Shown here in pieces: positions 34,328 to 46,784 of a stretch of 64,000 bases of DNA. This stretch comes from the human T2T-CHM13v2.0 reference genome, Homo sapiens, in NCBI RefSeq assembly GCF_009914755.1, contig NC_060935.1, one strand, 5' to 3'. The notes beneath the pieces were generated by a model, which saw only the letters and a list, made by a program, of their open reading frames with translations, searched no databases and was not told the DNA's origin. Both the position numbers and the translations under genes were made by a program. The number at the start of each line of letters is the position of its first letter. Position 1 is the first letter of the stretch.

Positions 34328-35726
34328 TGTCCTTACCAGATCTCCCGGGCCCGCCCTCAGCCTCCAGGCTGACCAGGCTTCCTGGGCCTCCTAGGACACA
34401 GCCCTGGGTCTCCTCCTCTAGGATACTGGATGGGAATCTGCGGCTTCCAACATCCACCTGCCCGCCTTCCCCTCTGCCCTGTCCCCTTGCTGCCATGGCC
34501 GCCTTTGTCCTCCCTGGAGATGCAGAGAGCAGCCCCGTTCTCAGTTACCTGGCCTTCTGGGTCCTTGGGAGGTTCTGACCTCTTCCCAGCAGGGGCCCTG
34601 GGGGCTGCGTCCTGCCTGGTCCAGGCCTTCTCACCCTCACCTCCCTCTGGGCTCAGGGAGCTGGGGCCACACAGCCCAGAGAGGCTGGTCTGCCCAGGAC
34701 AGGCCACCCTCCTCCTGCTCCCAGGAGTGCCTGCAGCCCTGTCAGTTTCCAAGAGTGTCTCCTTCAAGCAGCCTCGTCAGGTCGAGCCACCCCCAGTGCC
34801 CTCTCTCCTCTGGCAGCCGCGCTCCCTGCCCTTCCTCCCCACCTGCTCAGTCCTGCAAAGCCTCCTGCCTAGCTGGACACCTGGGGGTTCTGTATCCCAC
34901 ACTCCAGGGGCCTCCTTCACATGTCGGTGACCTCTGACACTCCAGGGGCCTCCTTCACATGTCGGTGACCTCTGACCGCTGTTTCAGACCCACAGCTCTT
35001 GGGTGCACTCAGCATTGGGTCCCGATGGCACCAGAGTGTTCCACGCCTGGGGCAGCGCACTCACTGCAGATCTGGCCTGAGACTCAGCAGCCGGGCACCC
35101 CATGAGATCTACTTTCTGAATGGCGTCGTCACCTGACTGGGCATACAGGCCACGGACCCCATGGTCATTTGGGCACTGACCCCTCTCACACCCCCCAAAT
35201 CCCACCTGAGAGCAGCCCATCAGGCAGGCCCCATATATTGGATGCCTCTAAGTATCAGCCTTGATGTCCCTCTAATTCCAGCCCTGGTGTCTTCTCCCTG
35301 GGACACCCTGCTGCTCCCTCTAGCTGTGCCCTCCACGGTGACTCCAGACATGCGGATTCAGCCTCTTCGCTCCAGGACCAAACTCCTCAGCAGCTCCCAC
35401 TACTCCCAGCATGCCATCCAGCTCCTCAGCCCAGCAGCAAAGACAGGCACAGAATGGCTCCCGAACCCATCGCTCCGGTCCGGAGAAGGAGCCCTCCACC
35501 CTCCACGCTCCATTCGCTGTCCCCTTGCGGGCCCCTGTGAGGAACCCCAGCCAGAGGCACCAATGGCCGCCACTGACTTTCACCCTGTCCTGAATCACAG
35601 GACCAAGGAGGCTGCCCCGACAAGGGTCGCTTCCAGACTCACTCCCTGTCAGCCACTGCCACATGCCTGCCGTGGGCAGCATTGGAGGACAGGGGGTACT
35701 CTGTCAGTCAGCCTAACAGGCTGGTC

Positions 35727-36641
35727 CGTCCTTCCTTCCTTCCTTCCTTCTTCCCTCCCTCACTTCCTTCCTTCTTCCCTCCCTGCCTCCCTCCCTTCCT
35801 TCTCTGCTCCCTCCCTCCCTCCTCCCTCCCCCTCCTTCCCTGCCTCCCTCCTCCCTCCTTCTCTGCCTCCTTCCTCCCCCTTCCCTTCCTTCCTTCCTTC
35901 TCTGCTCCCCCCCTCCCTCTTTCCCTCCCTCCCTCTTTCCCTCCCTTCCTCCTCCCTCCCCCTCCCTCCCTCCCTTCCTTCCTTCTTTCTTTCCTTCCTT
36001 CCTTCCTGCTTCTCTCCCTTCCTCCCTCCCTCACTTCCTTCCTTCCTTCTTCTCTCCCTGCCTCCCTCCCTTCCTTCTCTGCTCCCTCCCTCCCCCCTTC
36101 CCTGCCTCCCTCTTCCCTCCTTCTTTGCCTCCTCCCTCCCCCTTCCCTTCCTTCCTTCCTTCTCTGCTCCCTCCCTTCCTCCTCCCTCCTCCCTCCCTTC
36201 CTTCCTTCCTTCTCTGCTCCCTGCCTCCCTCCTCCCTCCCCCCTTCCCTGCCTCCCTCTTCCCTCCTTCCCTGCCTCTTCCCTCCCCCTTCCCTTCCTTC
36301 CTTCCTTCTCTGCTCCCTCCCTTCCTCCTCCCCCCTCCCTCTCTCCCTTCCTTCCTTCCTTCTCTGCTCCCTCCCTCCCTCCTCCCCCCTCCCTCCCTCC
36401 ATTCCTTCCTTCCTTGCTTCTTTCCTCCGGCTCTCCCTCCCTCCCTTCTCTGCTCCCTCCCTCCCTCTCTCCCTCTCCCTCCCTCCCTCCCTTCCTTCTT
36501 TCTTTCCTTCCTTCCTTCCTGCTTCTCTCCCTTCCTCCCTCCCTCACTTCCTTCCTTCCTTCTTCCCTCCCTGCCTCCCTCCCTTCCTTCTCTGCTCCCT
36601 CCCTCCCTCCTCCCTCCCCCCTCCCTTCCTTCCTTCCTCTC
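35727..36641. repeat. Pyrimidine-rich TTCC/CTCC compound repeat (~915 bp)
   Basis: Inverted paralogue of 12236-12662, about twice as long. Confidence 0.95.
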
Positions 36642-39600
36642 TGGTCAAATGCGGGTACATGAGAGTTCCCACCGTCCCCATGGTAAGTGCACAGTTCCGT
36701 GGCATTGAGAACCTGCACGTGGCTGTGCCACTGTCGCCACCATGCAGCTCCAGCACCTTTTCACTGGGCGAAACTGGAGCTCCGTCCTGACTAATCACTC
36801 ACTCCCATCGGCCTCTGTCACTGGCCCTGCTGACTGCCATTCTGCCATCTTCCTCTTGAATCTGACTCCTCTGGGGGCCTTCCATCTGTGGGGTCACAGC
36901 ATTGGTCCTATTGTGACTGGCTGGCTTCACTCGGCACGAGGCTGTGAAGGTTGGTGGCGTTGCTGCATGCGTCAGAGCACACTCCTTTTCCAGGCTCCGT
37001 AAGACCCCGATGTGTTTGTCTACCCCATTTCAGATCCCCTCACCTGCTGGGTTGTTTCCACCTTTGGGCTATTGTGACTGCACGGCTGTGAGCATGGGTG
37101 TCTGAGTCCATTCTGTGTAGCCATAAAAGAACCTCTGTGATGGGGTAATTCATCAAGCTCACAGTTCTGCTGGCTGAGAAGTTCAATGGCATGGCCCTGG
37201 CTTCTGCTGGAGGAGGTCAAAGGGGAAGCAGACACGGGAAGAGAGATAAAGCTCAGGGATGTCTTGGCTTCAGAACAAGCCCCACTCATGGGAACAAATC
37301 CATTCCCATGGGAACTCACCCTGTATCACAAGAGGAGAATCACTCCCAGCACCACGGACTCCCCAGGGAGTCACTCCCACGACCCACACGTCTCCCTCCC
37401 CTCAGGCCCCACCTCCCTACGCTGCCACACTGGGGGTCCCGTTTCAACAAGAGTTTTGCTGGGAACAGATGCACTGACTACATCCAGGTCGTGGTAAGGG
37501 CTGTGCAAGTATTTGAGTCCCTGCTTTGATTTCTTTTGGGGATAGACCTAGGAATGGAATGGCGGCTTCGCAGGGTAATTTTGTGTTTACCTGTTTCTGG
37601 AAGGAGCACACTGAGCTGGCCAGAGCAGGCTTGTGTTTTCCTCTGTGCTCCTTCCTGCTTCCCAGGATGCAGATGAGATGGCAGGTGCCCCAGCAGCCCT
37701 CGCCAACCATAAGGCATGGATTCCTCACCTTCGGCTCGGGGAGCACAGAGACTGAGGGCCGTGGACTCGGGGTGAGATGGTGGCGCCTCCATCACAGACC
37801 CACAGTCTCTGTGTCCAGCCCTTCCGGAAAGATGACAGAAATGAAAAGTCTGCCTTATGGAAGACAAGGTTATTCAGAATTTTCGGTTCTGTATGGTCTC
37901 CTTAGAAACATTAGCAGACTTTAAAAAATGAAAATAGCCCATGTTCATTGTGAAAAAGTGAGCCATGGCCTCCGGGGCACCGGAGCCACAGAGCCACCAC
38001 GCTTTGCTTTTGTTTCTCACTCCCCTACTCTCCCCACATAGGCACCGACGCTTTCCCTGACAGCATCATCATCACCCAACTAGGGCAGCTGACCCGCGTC
38101 TTCCTCACGACGTGGAATGGTTTGAGTCAAGGGTTTTCATGGCCATGAGCCACGTGGAGGCTGTGCCTTTTGTTTCCTGTGAGAAATCTTCAACCAGCGC
38201 CACTCTCAGCCTCCCCTCTGCCAGCGCTTCTGTGGCTGCACCTGCATTCGTGGGCTGTGGCTGCGAAGCACAGGAATAATTGATGGCTCTGGGGCACTTT
38301 GCTGGGCTGCTTCCAGAAAAGTTGACCCCTCCCTGCAAACCAGCACTGCCCAGCATTCTTGTCCCGCCAAGCCTGACTGTGAGCTGTTGTGACGTTGCCA
38401 CTTTGCTCGGAAAGGACCCCTTACCTTTTATTTCCCTTGCATTTCTTTCAATTCTACCATTGACCATTTCTCATACGTGTGGTCATCATTGTATTTCGCC
38501 CCCATTTTGTGAGGTTTAGTGTATTCTTAAAGTTTCCTGGGTTTTGATGAGAGCATATTCTGTCATTATATTTAACAGGTGTTTTCCCCAGCTTGGATGT
38601 GTTTGGCCATTAGCTTCTTTTCTGCTATTTTACACTAGTCTGTTATTCTTCACTACAAAAGGACTCTGCCGAGGGTCCCCATGCTCCCCATGCTTCGGGG
38701 TGTGAGGTAGCAGGGGAAGGCAGGTGTCCTTCCTTCTTTGAAGTGCGGGTTGGGGCAGGACAGCAGACCCTGGGGTCACTGCTGAGGAGGGGAAGGATGG
38801 GATTAGGACTGTTCTCTTCCTGGCCTCATGAGCTCCCCCAGCTCCTTCTGGTGGTTGGAGAAGAAACCTCCTGATTGTCACGGAGAGTGAGTTTGTCCGT
38901 GGAGCTTTTCCTGCACGGCTCACATAGAACGGGCTGTGAGGTCCCTCCACTGAGCAGCACGTGCCAGGCCGGGTGCCCACGACTGTTGGGAAAACCCAGG
39001 CCTGTATTCCAGGAAGCAAAGGTCTTTAGATGAAGGTTTTAAGAATGAAAATTAACCCACAGAATGGTGAGGTCAGTTGGAGCCTGGATTCCATGGGGTA
39101 AGACAGCCACAGCCAGGTGGGCATCCTGCTCCTTCCCTTTCCCCTGTCCCTGCCCACCGGCCATGCCCTAGAGTAGGGGCACACTCGGACCCCAGCCCAG
39201 CGCCCACCCATGCTGCCTGCAGGCCTGCGAGGTCCCACAACCCCTTGGCATGCAGCGACAGCCCGGGGCCAGGTGTGGGTGAGGCTTGGGATTTCCTGGC
39301 ACAGCTGACTTCATGTTGTGGCCTGGCAGCCTCGGGTGGTGTCGGCAGATGCAGGAAGCCACGGGCGCAGCTCCCTGCCTGTCCCGGCCGTGGGTGCTAA
39401 TGCAGAGTGGGTTCTGTGGCTGGTCACACAGGCAGCCGGGTGGGTGCAGGTCATCCCGGGGATGGCCTTGCACTGTCTGATCCCCGGGGAGGGGAGGGTC
39501 TTTTCGCTGACCACGCTGTTTGCTGCGTGCTTTTTGTTTGCCAAGGGCTGCAATGTTTGTCGTCTGCCGCAGTGTTTGCTGCCGGGTGAAGAATCGCTGG

Positions 39601-39822
39601 CCCTGTGTTGTCACCTGGGCCCACCGTGACAAGGTCCCCACCTCTGTTGTGGGACTCGGGGGCAAAGTTCCCTGCTGTTCACGCTGCAAGTGACAAGGGC
39701 CTTGGTCTCTGAACCAGGAGCCTCTGAGTCCTGCCCCACAGGGCTGAGCCCTGGCTGGGAGCAATGTTCTTTGGGGGAGACAGCAGCTTCCTCACTTCCA
39801 TGTACAGCCAGATGCCACGGGA

Positions 39823-40450
39823 TGTGGGGAGTGCGACAGGGCCGTGGGGAGTGTGACAAGGCCTTGGGGAGTGTGACAGGGCTGTGGGGAGTGTGACAGG
39901 GCCTTGGGGAGTTTGACAGGGCCGTGGGGAGTGTGACAGAGCCGTGGGGAGTGGGACAAGGCCGTGGGGAGTGGGACAGGGCCGTGGGGAATGGGACAGG
40001 GCCGTGGGGAGTGTGACAGGGCCATGGGGAGTTTGACAGGGCCGTGGGGAGTGGGACAGGGCTGTGGGGAGTGCGACAGGTCTGTGGCGAGTGTGACAGG
40101 GCTGTGGGGAGTGCGACAGGGCTGTGGGGAGTTTTGAAAGGGCCATGGGGAGTTTTGACAGGGCTGTGCGGAGTGTGACAGGGCTGTGCGGAGTGTGACA
40201 GGGATGTGGGGAGTGCGACAGGGCTGTGGGGAGTGTGACAGGGCTGTGGGGAGTGTGACAGGGCTGTGGGAAGTGCGACAGGTCTGTGGCGAGTGTGACA
40301 GAGCTGTGGGGAGTGCAACAGGTCTGTGGCGAGTGTGACAGAGCTGTGGGGAGTTTTGACACGTCTGTGGGGAGTGCAACAGGGCTGTGGGGAGTGTGAC
40401 AGGGCTGTGGGGAGTGCGACAGGGCTGTGGGGAATGTGACGGGGCTGTGT
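39823..40450. repeat. 20-bp VNTR (agtgtgacagggcygtgggg), ~31 units
   Basis: Reverse complement of the 8878 array, more variant units, fading into the flank. Confidence 0.95.
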
Positions 40451-42913
40451 GGGAGCAGGTGGTCCTGTGGGGCATCCCGGGGTCTGTGCTCAGGCTGTGG
40501 GAGGTGGGGCTGGCAGGGGATCCTGGAGAAACACCTTTGGGGGCTCAGGTTTGGTGGAGCTCCCACTTCCACAGTGGCTCTGAGTGGGGCCTGAGCAGGT
40601 TTTCCTGGCAGTGGCTGAGGGTGGGTGGGCCTGGTAGGTACTGGGCTGCTCAGAAGCCAGCCAGCTCCATGTTGCCCACCTCAGCCTCCCAGGCTTCTCA
40701 GGGCCCAGCTGTGCTCTGTCCCTGGGGCCCTTCCCTCCCCGGACACTGCTCACCCCTGGCAAGGGCTCTGCCCTGGGACACACCCTGCTAGACCCTCAGA
40801 TCTGATCCCAGCCCTTCCCATGTGACTCCCTGGGTGCTCCCAGATGACTGGGATGTGGGGAAGGATCAAAGAGCACTTTGGTTGTCTCTGTAACTCTTCT
40901 AGTGATTAGATAAGGGCTGGATTTAAGGATTACTTCTGCAATGCAAATAGATGAAAGGAACAAGCTAAATAACAAACTCTTCCCATTCCCAGAACAAAGT
41001 CAGCTCTGGCCTGGTTCCACGTGCCCTGTCCAGCACGTCCCCCAAGCGCAGGCATGGGCCCCCGGACCAGCCGCGGACCCCTCCTCGCGCTTTGCAACGC
41101 CTCACAGCTGGCCCCGCACCCCTGGGGCAGGACCACTCCCTCTTCTTATTCTTCTCTGTGTCACCTTCCCAGACTCTGCACATAGTCGGCGCTACATAAA
41201 TGGTGGCTGCAAAAAGGAGACGAGCAGCAGAGCAATGCCCCAGGGAACAAGAGGGGCGCTGTTGCCAAGGCCAGGGCCAGGGTATCTGCCCTGAGGCCTG
41301 AGCCCCACACGACCCAGGGCTCCAGAGCCCCATGGCCCATCTCACTGCTGGGGCTGAACCCCCAGGGCCCCTGCAGCCACTGCCTCAGGAGGTCAGGTTG
41401 GGGTGTGGAGTAGGAGGGACGGGTGTTTCCAGGGAATCCCTGTGTAGGTGGGATCCAGAGGGCTTGAAACCCTCAAGCTACCAGCCAGCTCCACGCCTAG
41501 GACAGGCCTTATTAGAGTTCAGGATCTGCCAGCTCCCAGGGGCAGCCTCAATGTCCGGGGTGGATGGGGGTTTCTGTGGGTTCACTTCTGCCCCCAGCTG
41601 GGATGCCTGGAAGGAGAGCTCAGGGACAGTGTGGCCAGACCCTGACCCAGACAGAAGATTCTGTCTGAGAGACCGGGGACCTTCACAGAGGGACAGAGGC
41701 CCAGGAAGCAGCGGCTGCTGCTGTAAGCCTACGGCGAGAGCCATGGTCACAGAAGACCCACTTGTTGCCAGGCGTTTTGCCTTCACAATGGCAAAGTCTC
41801 CCAGTGGCCCAGGAGAAAAGGGAATGCTCATTCCATTCTGCCTGCCAGAAAACAGAGGCTGAGGCCCAGAGGCTCAGGCAACCTCCCCAGGTTCACCTCA
41901 TTTGGAAACAGCCCCTTCCCATCCCCGGTTGCTGCCGCAATCTTCTAAGGGGACTTCCTCAGAGGTCATTAAATGCATTGAAAACTGGTTCTGGTCCTCG
42001 ACCCTAAGCTGCTGGAGGAGGGGGTGTGGGAGCAGATTCGGGGTGCACCTGTGTGTTCAGGTGAAGGCGGAGGGAAATTAGTCATGGAGCTAAGCTGAAC
42101 CACCTGCTGGGCCCCAGGCAGGCAAGGCCCTGTGGGCAGGTGGGAAGCCAGAGGCCGCCTCTCACCCCGGGGAGGGGCAGGGGCTGGAGTGACGGTGCAG
42201 GGTGAGATTTTGGCCAGGCACAACTCCATCCATCCCTGCATCCCCAGGAAGCCACAGACACCCAGGTTCTGAGAGCCCGGCTCTCGAATGTCCCTCCTCC
42301 CCCGACCTCCTTCGGTGCCCCTGGCCATGCCAGCCCTGAGCATGAAGCCTTCAACTTTCCCACGCACCCACTTCCACTCTCCAGGGCTGAGGAGCAGGAA
42401 GGAGATGGCTTGGAGGGGTGAGCCCCTGTCCTGTTCTCAGAGGGTCACAGCTACTCACTACCTGCTACGAAGACAGGGAAGGGTGGGAGCCGTTCTAAAC
42501 CAGCATCAGTGCATGCCACAAAATAGAAGCCGTGCATTACAAACTAGAAACGAGGGCTTGGTTGCAGGCACCTTCCCTAGAGACCCTGGCTGAGCAGAGG
42601 CTGGGGTCTGGCTGCGCTGCTCTGACGGTGTGCACGGGCGGGCTAGGCACTCGCCCTGAGTCCCAGAAAGAGGAGCCCACAGATACAAAACTTAAAGGAT
42701 GTGTTATTTTATTTTTTAATTTAATTTTTGTTTTTTCAAAAGCATCAAAGTCATTGTGATTGGAAGGAATGCGCAAGTTGGTCTGGGGTGCTGTCCCTGG
42801 GCGCCGAACCAGCCGGGGACATGGCCCCTGGAGAGCTGCCGACCCCGGGGCTAGGGGAGTGGTCTTGCGAGGAGCCTTTGCTTCCCACTCGCCGGCCGCC
42901 CCGCGGGGCCCTC

Positions 42914-42932
42914 CTGCCACCAGGTGGCGCTT
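42914..42932 (+). promoter_or_regulatory. Candidate CTCF site
   Basis: CTGCCACCAGGTGGCGCTT, near-consensus, CpG-rich surroundings. Confidence 0.75.
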
Positions 42933-43691
42933 CTCGGCCAGCCCGGGCCGCAGGACCTGCAGTCTCGTTTCCCCAGGAATGGCGACGGCCCTGTTATTCC
43001 CATCACAATTTTACAGGTCAGAAAAGGAGACTCGGAGTGCATATATAGCAACTTGGAGAAAGTCGCAAGGGACGAAGGACCCTTCCCCGGACACAGGAAC
43101 CTTCTGGGGGATGGGGACAGGGACTCAGGTGCAGAGAAAACCAGAGCTGCTACCGTGGGGACAGAAAGGGAGTCTACCCAGAGACAGCAGAGGCAGGAGC
43201 TGCCCCCCCTCTTTGCCCCCAGTGGCCCCGAGCGAGGGGTTGCCACCACCTAGAGCCTGGGGACCAGGGGCCAGTGCCTGGGGACGGAGGCCGTGGTCGA
43301 GACAGGCGAGGGATGTGGCGGAGACAGGGAGGCCCAGGTCGGCTGGCACAGGGCAAGGAGCAGGCGAGCCGACCCCAGGGCCTTGCCCTTGTCACGCCCC
43401 CTGCCATGTTCCTGCTGGCCCCCTTCCTGTTCTGTGAGGTCAACACGCAGGAGAAAGGGGCAGAAGGGAAGGTCTCCCCACACCGAGGGCTCTGCCCGCT
43501 TGGGCCAGGGGTTGGGGGGTGGTCATGGCACCAGGGCTGCTCTGAGCTACAGCCCCGAGGGGGGGCCGGGCGATGCCTCCTCCTCCGTGCCAGCCTGTGC
43601 CGGGGCCCCTAGGAACCCCCAAGTCCCTGCCTGTGACCTCTGCAGAGCCCAGCAGGCGCCTCCCCGCCCTCGGCCACAGGCTCGGAGCTCA

Positions 43692-43710
43692 CGGCCCCCA
43701 GGGGGCGCTC
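43692..43710 (+). promoter_or_regulatory. Candidate CTCF site
   Basis: CGGCCCCCAGGGGGCGCTC, same orientation as 42914. Confidence 0.55.
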
Positions 43711-44570
43711 AAGGACTGCTCATCTGCGCTTCTGCCGCGGGCAGCTCTGACCCCTCCCGCTGCGCTCCTCCAGCCGCATCCCTGCAGCCTTGGGCCCTAC
43801 TGGCCCGGGGGAGGAGGCACTGCGCTTTGGGGAGGAAGAGAGACTAAAGGGGAGACCGAGAACCCCGGGTCAGGAAGCGGAGAGCTAAAACGACAACCGT
43901 GGGTCAGCGGAGGCCGGCAACTTCATTTCATGACCTCTGGCCTCCAAAGCAGCTCTGCAAAGTGGTCAATGCTCCTCTCGTTGTGTAGATGAAGATACTG
44001 AGGGCCAGGGAGGCTGTGGACTGCCTGATGTCACACGACTGGTGGGGCGGCGGGCGGGTCTGTCCCCAGGCGATTGTCCTCGAGGCACACGGCGGGGCAG
44101 AGCTTGGAAGCGGCCGAGGTGGGGGTCCCTGGGTGTGGATGTAGTGACCCCGGAGCCACGTGGAGCCACCTTCAGACCCAGAGCTGAAGCAGGAGGGTGA
44201 CCGGTAGAGCAAGGCCGTGCACACCCCCGTTGCAGAATTGAAAACGCGCCTCAAAATAAAACCCCGTGTTTCACAAGAATGCACTAATTCCCGAAGATAT
44301 CCGGGCGCACGGGATGCAGTGGGGATTGGAGATGCAGGGGCCATGCAAGTGAGAAGGACCCTGCTCAGCGTGAGGCTCTGATGGTCTTGAATTCCTTTGC
44401 CATGCTCGGACAAGGGGCCTGCGCTGTCACGTTGCTTTGGACCCTGAAAATTCGGGAGCCCGTCCTGAGCCCACGCTGCCATAGTTGCCAGGTATCCAGC
44501 ATATGCACAAAACACCTCCACGCCGGTGCTCTGCCCTGCCCTGCTCTGGAGACCCACATCCAAGGACAGG

Positions 44571-44897
44571 TCTCTCCTATGGCAGCCCTGCTCCCTGCCC
44601 TTCTTCCCCACCTGCTCAGTCCTGCAAAGCCTTCGGCCAAGACTGACACCTGGGGGTTCTGTCTCCCACACTCTAGGGGCCTCCTCCACATGTCGGTGAC
44701 CTCTGACCACTGTTTCAGACCCACAGCTCCTGGGTGCACTCAGCATTGGGTCCCTATGGTATCAGAGTGTTCCAGGCCTGGGGCACTGCACTCACTGCAG
44801 ACCTGGCCTGAGATTCAGCAGCTGGGCACCCTATGAGATCTAGTTTCTGAATGGCGTCGTCACCTGACTGGGCATACAAGCCACAGGCCCCGTGGTC
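44571..44897 (+). repeat. Third, older copy of a ~330-bp element shared with both arms
   Basis: Direct match to 34802-35166 and inverted match to ~13226-13545, clearly more diverged than the arms are from each other. Confidence 0.9.
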
Positions 44898-45227
44898 TGT
44901 GGGCGGCCATTGTCCTGTGTGTGGGGTGGGGCACTGGGACCCTCCCACAGCTTTGGCTTTCTCAGAGTTTCTATCCCTGTGTCCTCCTCTGTCAGCAAAG
45001 CCCAAAGGTGGGGGGCTCCTGAGCTGCCACCTCCTTTGTTTCTCCAACTCTGCCGGTTCATTGGACTATGCCCTTGGTGCCTCACAGTGTGCTGACTGAC
45101 AGCATCTCTAAGCCCTAAACCACTGAGCCTGGAGTCATCCAGCTCCAGGGAAATGACTCTGCAGGGTCACGATTCCTGGGTCTGCACTCAGGCCCCCTCT
45201 TTCCAACCAAGACAGCAGGATCCCAGG

Positions 45228-45875
45228 TATCCTGAGACCTGTCCTGATCCTGAATCCTGTCCTGATCCTGAGTCCTGTCTTGATCTTGGGTCCTGACCTG
45301 ATCCTGCCCTGAGTCCTGTCCTGATCCTGGGTCCTACCCTGATCCTGTGTCCTGCCCTGATCCTGAGACCTGCCCTGATCCTGGGTCCTGTCCTGATCCT
45401 GATTCCTGCCCTGATCCTGTGGTCCTGCCCTGATACTGAGACCTGCCCTGATCCTGGGTTCTGCCCTGATCCTGAGTCCTGTCCTGATCCTGGGTCCTGT
45501 CCTGATCCTGAGACCTGCCCCGATCCTGAGTCCTGTCCTGATCCTGCCCTGATCCTGAGTCCTATTGTGATTCAAAGTGCTGTCTTGATCCTGCGTCCTG
45601 CCCTGATCCTGAGTCCTGTCCTGATCCTGCCCTGATCCTGGGTCCTGCCCTGATTCTGAGTCCTGTCCTGATCCTGGGTCCTGCCTGATCCTGAGACCTG
45701 CCCTAATGCTGAGTCCTGTTCTGATCCTGAGTCCTGTTTTGATCCTGAGTCCTGTCTTGATCCTGGTTCCTGCCCTGTTTCTGAGTCCTGTCCTGAGCCT
45801 GCCCTGATCCTGAGTCCTATTCTGATCCTGAGTATTTCCTGATCCTGGCTCTTATGAGATCCTGGGTTTCATCCT
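45228..45875. repeat. ~18-bp VNTR (tgatcctgagtcctgtcc) built on tcctg sub-repeats
   Basis: Degenerate 18-bp and 11-bp units over ~650 bp. Confidence 0.92.
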
Positions 45876-46004
45876 GTTCTACCCACGGGTGATAGCCCAG
45901 GATGGGGTCACCTGCTCTAGGGTGTCTCCATGCGTGGTCTCCCTGTGCCTTCTGTAAACTTCCCCTGAGACTTTCGGAGTCAAGTCAGCATCAGCATCAG
46001 CATA

Positions 46005-46436
46005 GAAGTGGGTTGAATAGGACCCCCTCATTCCTGTCCACCTGGAAACTCTGAATGTGATCTTATTTGGACACTGGGTCTTTGCAGATGTAATCAAGTT
46101 AAGATGAGGTTGTACTGGAGTAGGGTGGGCCCTGATCCAATGTCTGGTGTCCCTGTAAGAGAAAGGAGGGGAGGAGGTCAGACACAGACACTCAGTGGAG
46201 AAGCCCACTTGAGGATGGAGGCAGAGACGGGGGATGCAGCCACAAGCCAAGAATGTCTGGCCACCACCAGAAGCTGGAAGACGCAGAAAGGATCCTTCCC
46301 TGGAGCCTTCAGAGAGTGTGTGGCCCACGGAGAACTTGATCTTGAACTTCTGTCTGCCTGAACCGCGAGGCACCAATGTCCGCTTTAAGGCTCCCGTTGG
46401 GGGCCATTTGTTATGGCAGCCCCAGGAAATGAACAC
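46005..46436 (+). mobile_element. MLT1 (B/C-like) MaLR solo LTR
   Basis: gaatgtgatcttatttgga...gggtctttgcagatgtaatcaagttaagatgagg...tttgttatggcagcccc aggaaatgaaca. Confidence 0.85.
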
Positions 46437-46620
46437 TGGTAGCAAAGATGAGCGCAGCATCAAAGCCAAGTCCCTGCTCCCGTTGCCCTTACTAACACAG
46501 AAGGACAGGGGCCTTGTCATTTTTCAGAGGACATGTGAGGGAAATCATGAACTAAAGAAAAAGTGCAAAACTATATACACCACTGAGGTTATTTTAAGAT
46601 TAAGCAAACAAACACAGTTT

Positions 46621-46700
46621 CCCTAAGGAAATGGCACAAACAGGAACCAGGAAATGACTGTGTGTCCAGCATCACACCTGATCCTGGGCAGGGATATAAA
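46621..46700 (+). promoter_or_regulatory. KRTAP5-6 core promoter: TATAAA (46695-46700) with upstream AGGAA (ETS-like) motifs
   Basis: gggaTATAAAggg 90 bp upstream of the ATG; aggaaatg, caggaac, caggaaatg within 46626-46656. Confidence 0.8.
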
Positions 46701-46784
46701 GGGCCCAGGCTCAGGGAGCTCCATACCTGCACACCTCCCTCTCACCTGCTCCTCTACCTGCTCCACCCTCAATCCACCAGAACC

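Larger units (their letters stand above)
32621..35165 (-). ncRNA. FAM99B: Probable lncRNA FAM99B (boundaries approximate)
   Basis: Inverted paralogue of the FAM99A interval, nearer KRTAP5-6; name from locus knowledge, exons not derivable from sequence. Confidence 0.55.
32621..40450 (-). repeat. Inverted segmental duplication, arm B
   Basis: Reverse complement of arm A; longer because of expanded tandem repeats and a 116-bp segment absent from arm A; outer end lies within the 20-bp VNTR. Confidence 0.97.

Noticed and set aside
33389-34496. Collagen-like/Gly-Pro ORFs (PPGPP, GGPGG)
   Set aside because: 17-bp VNTR read in shifting frames; frames differ between arms
46662-46784. N-terminal extension of KRTAP5-6 in the ORF track
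   Set aside because: Non-ATG start upstream of the TATA box; family N-terminus is MGCC at 46785
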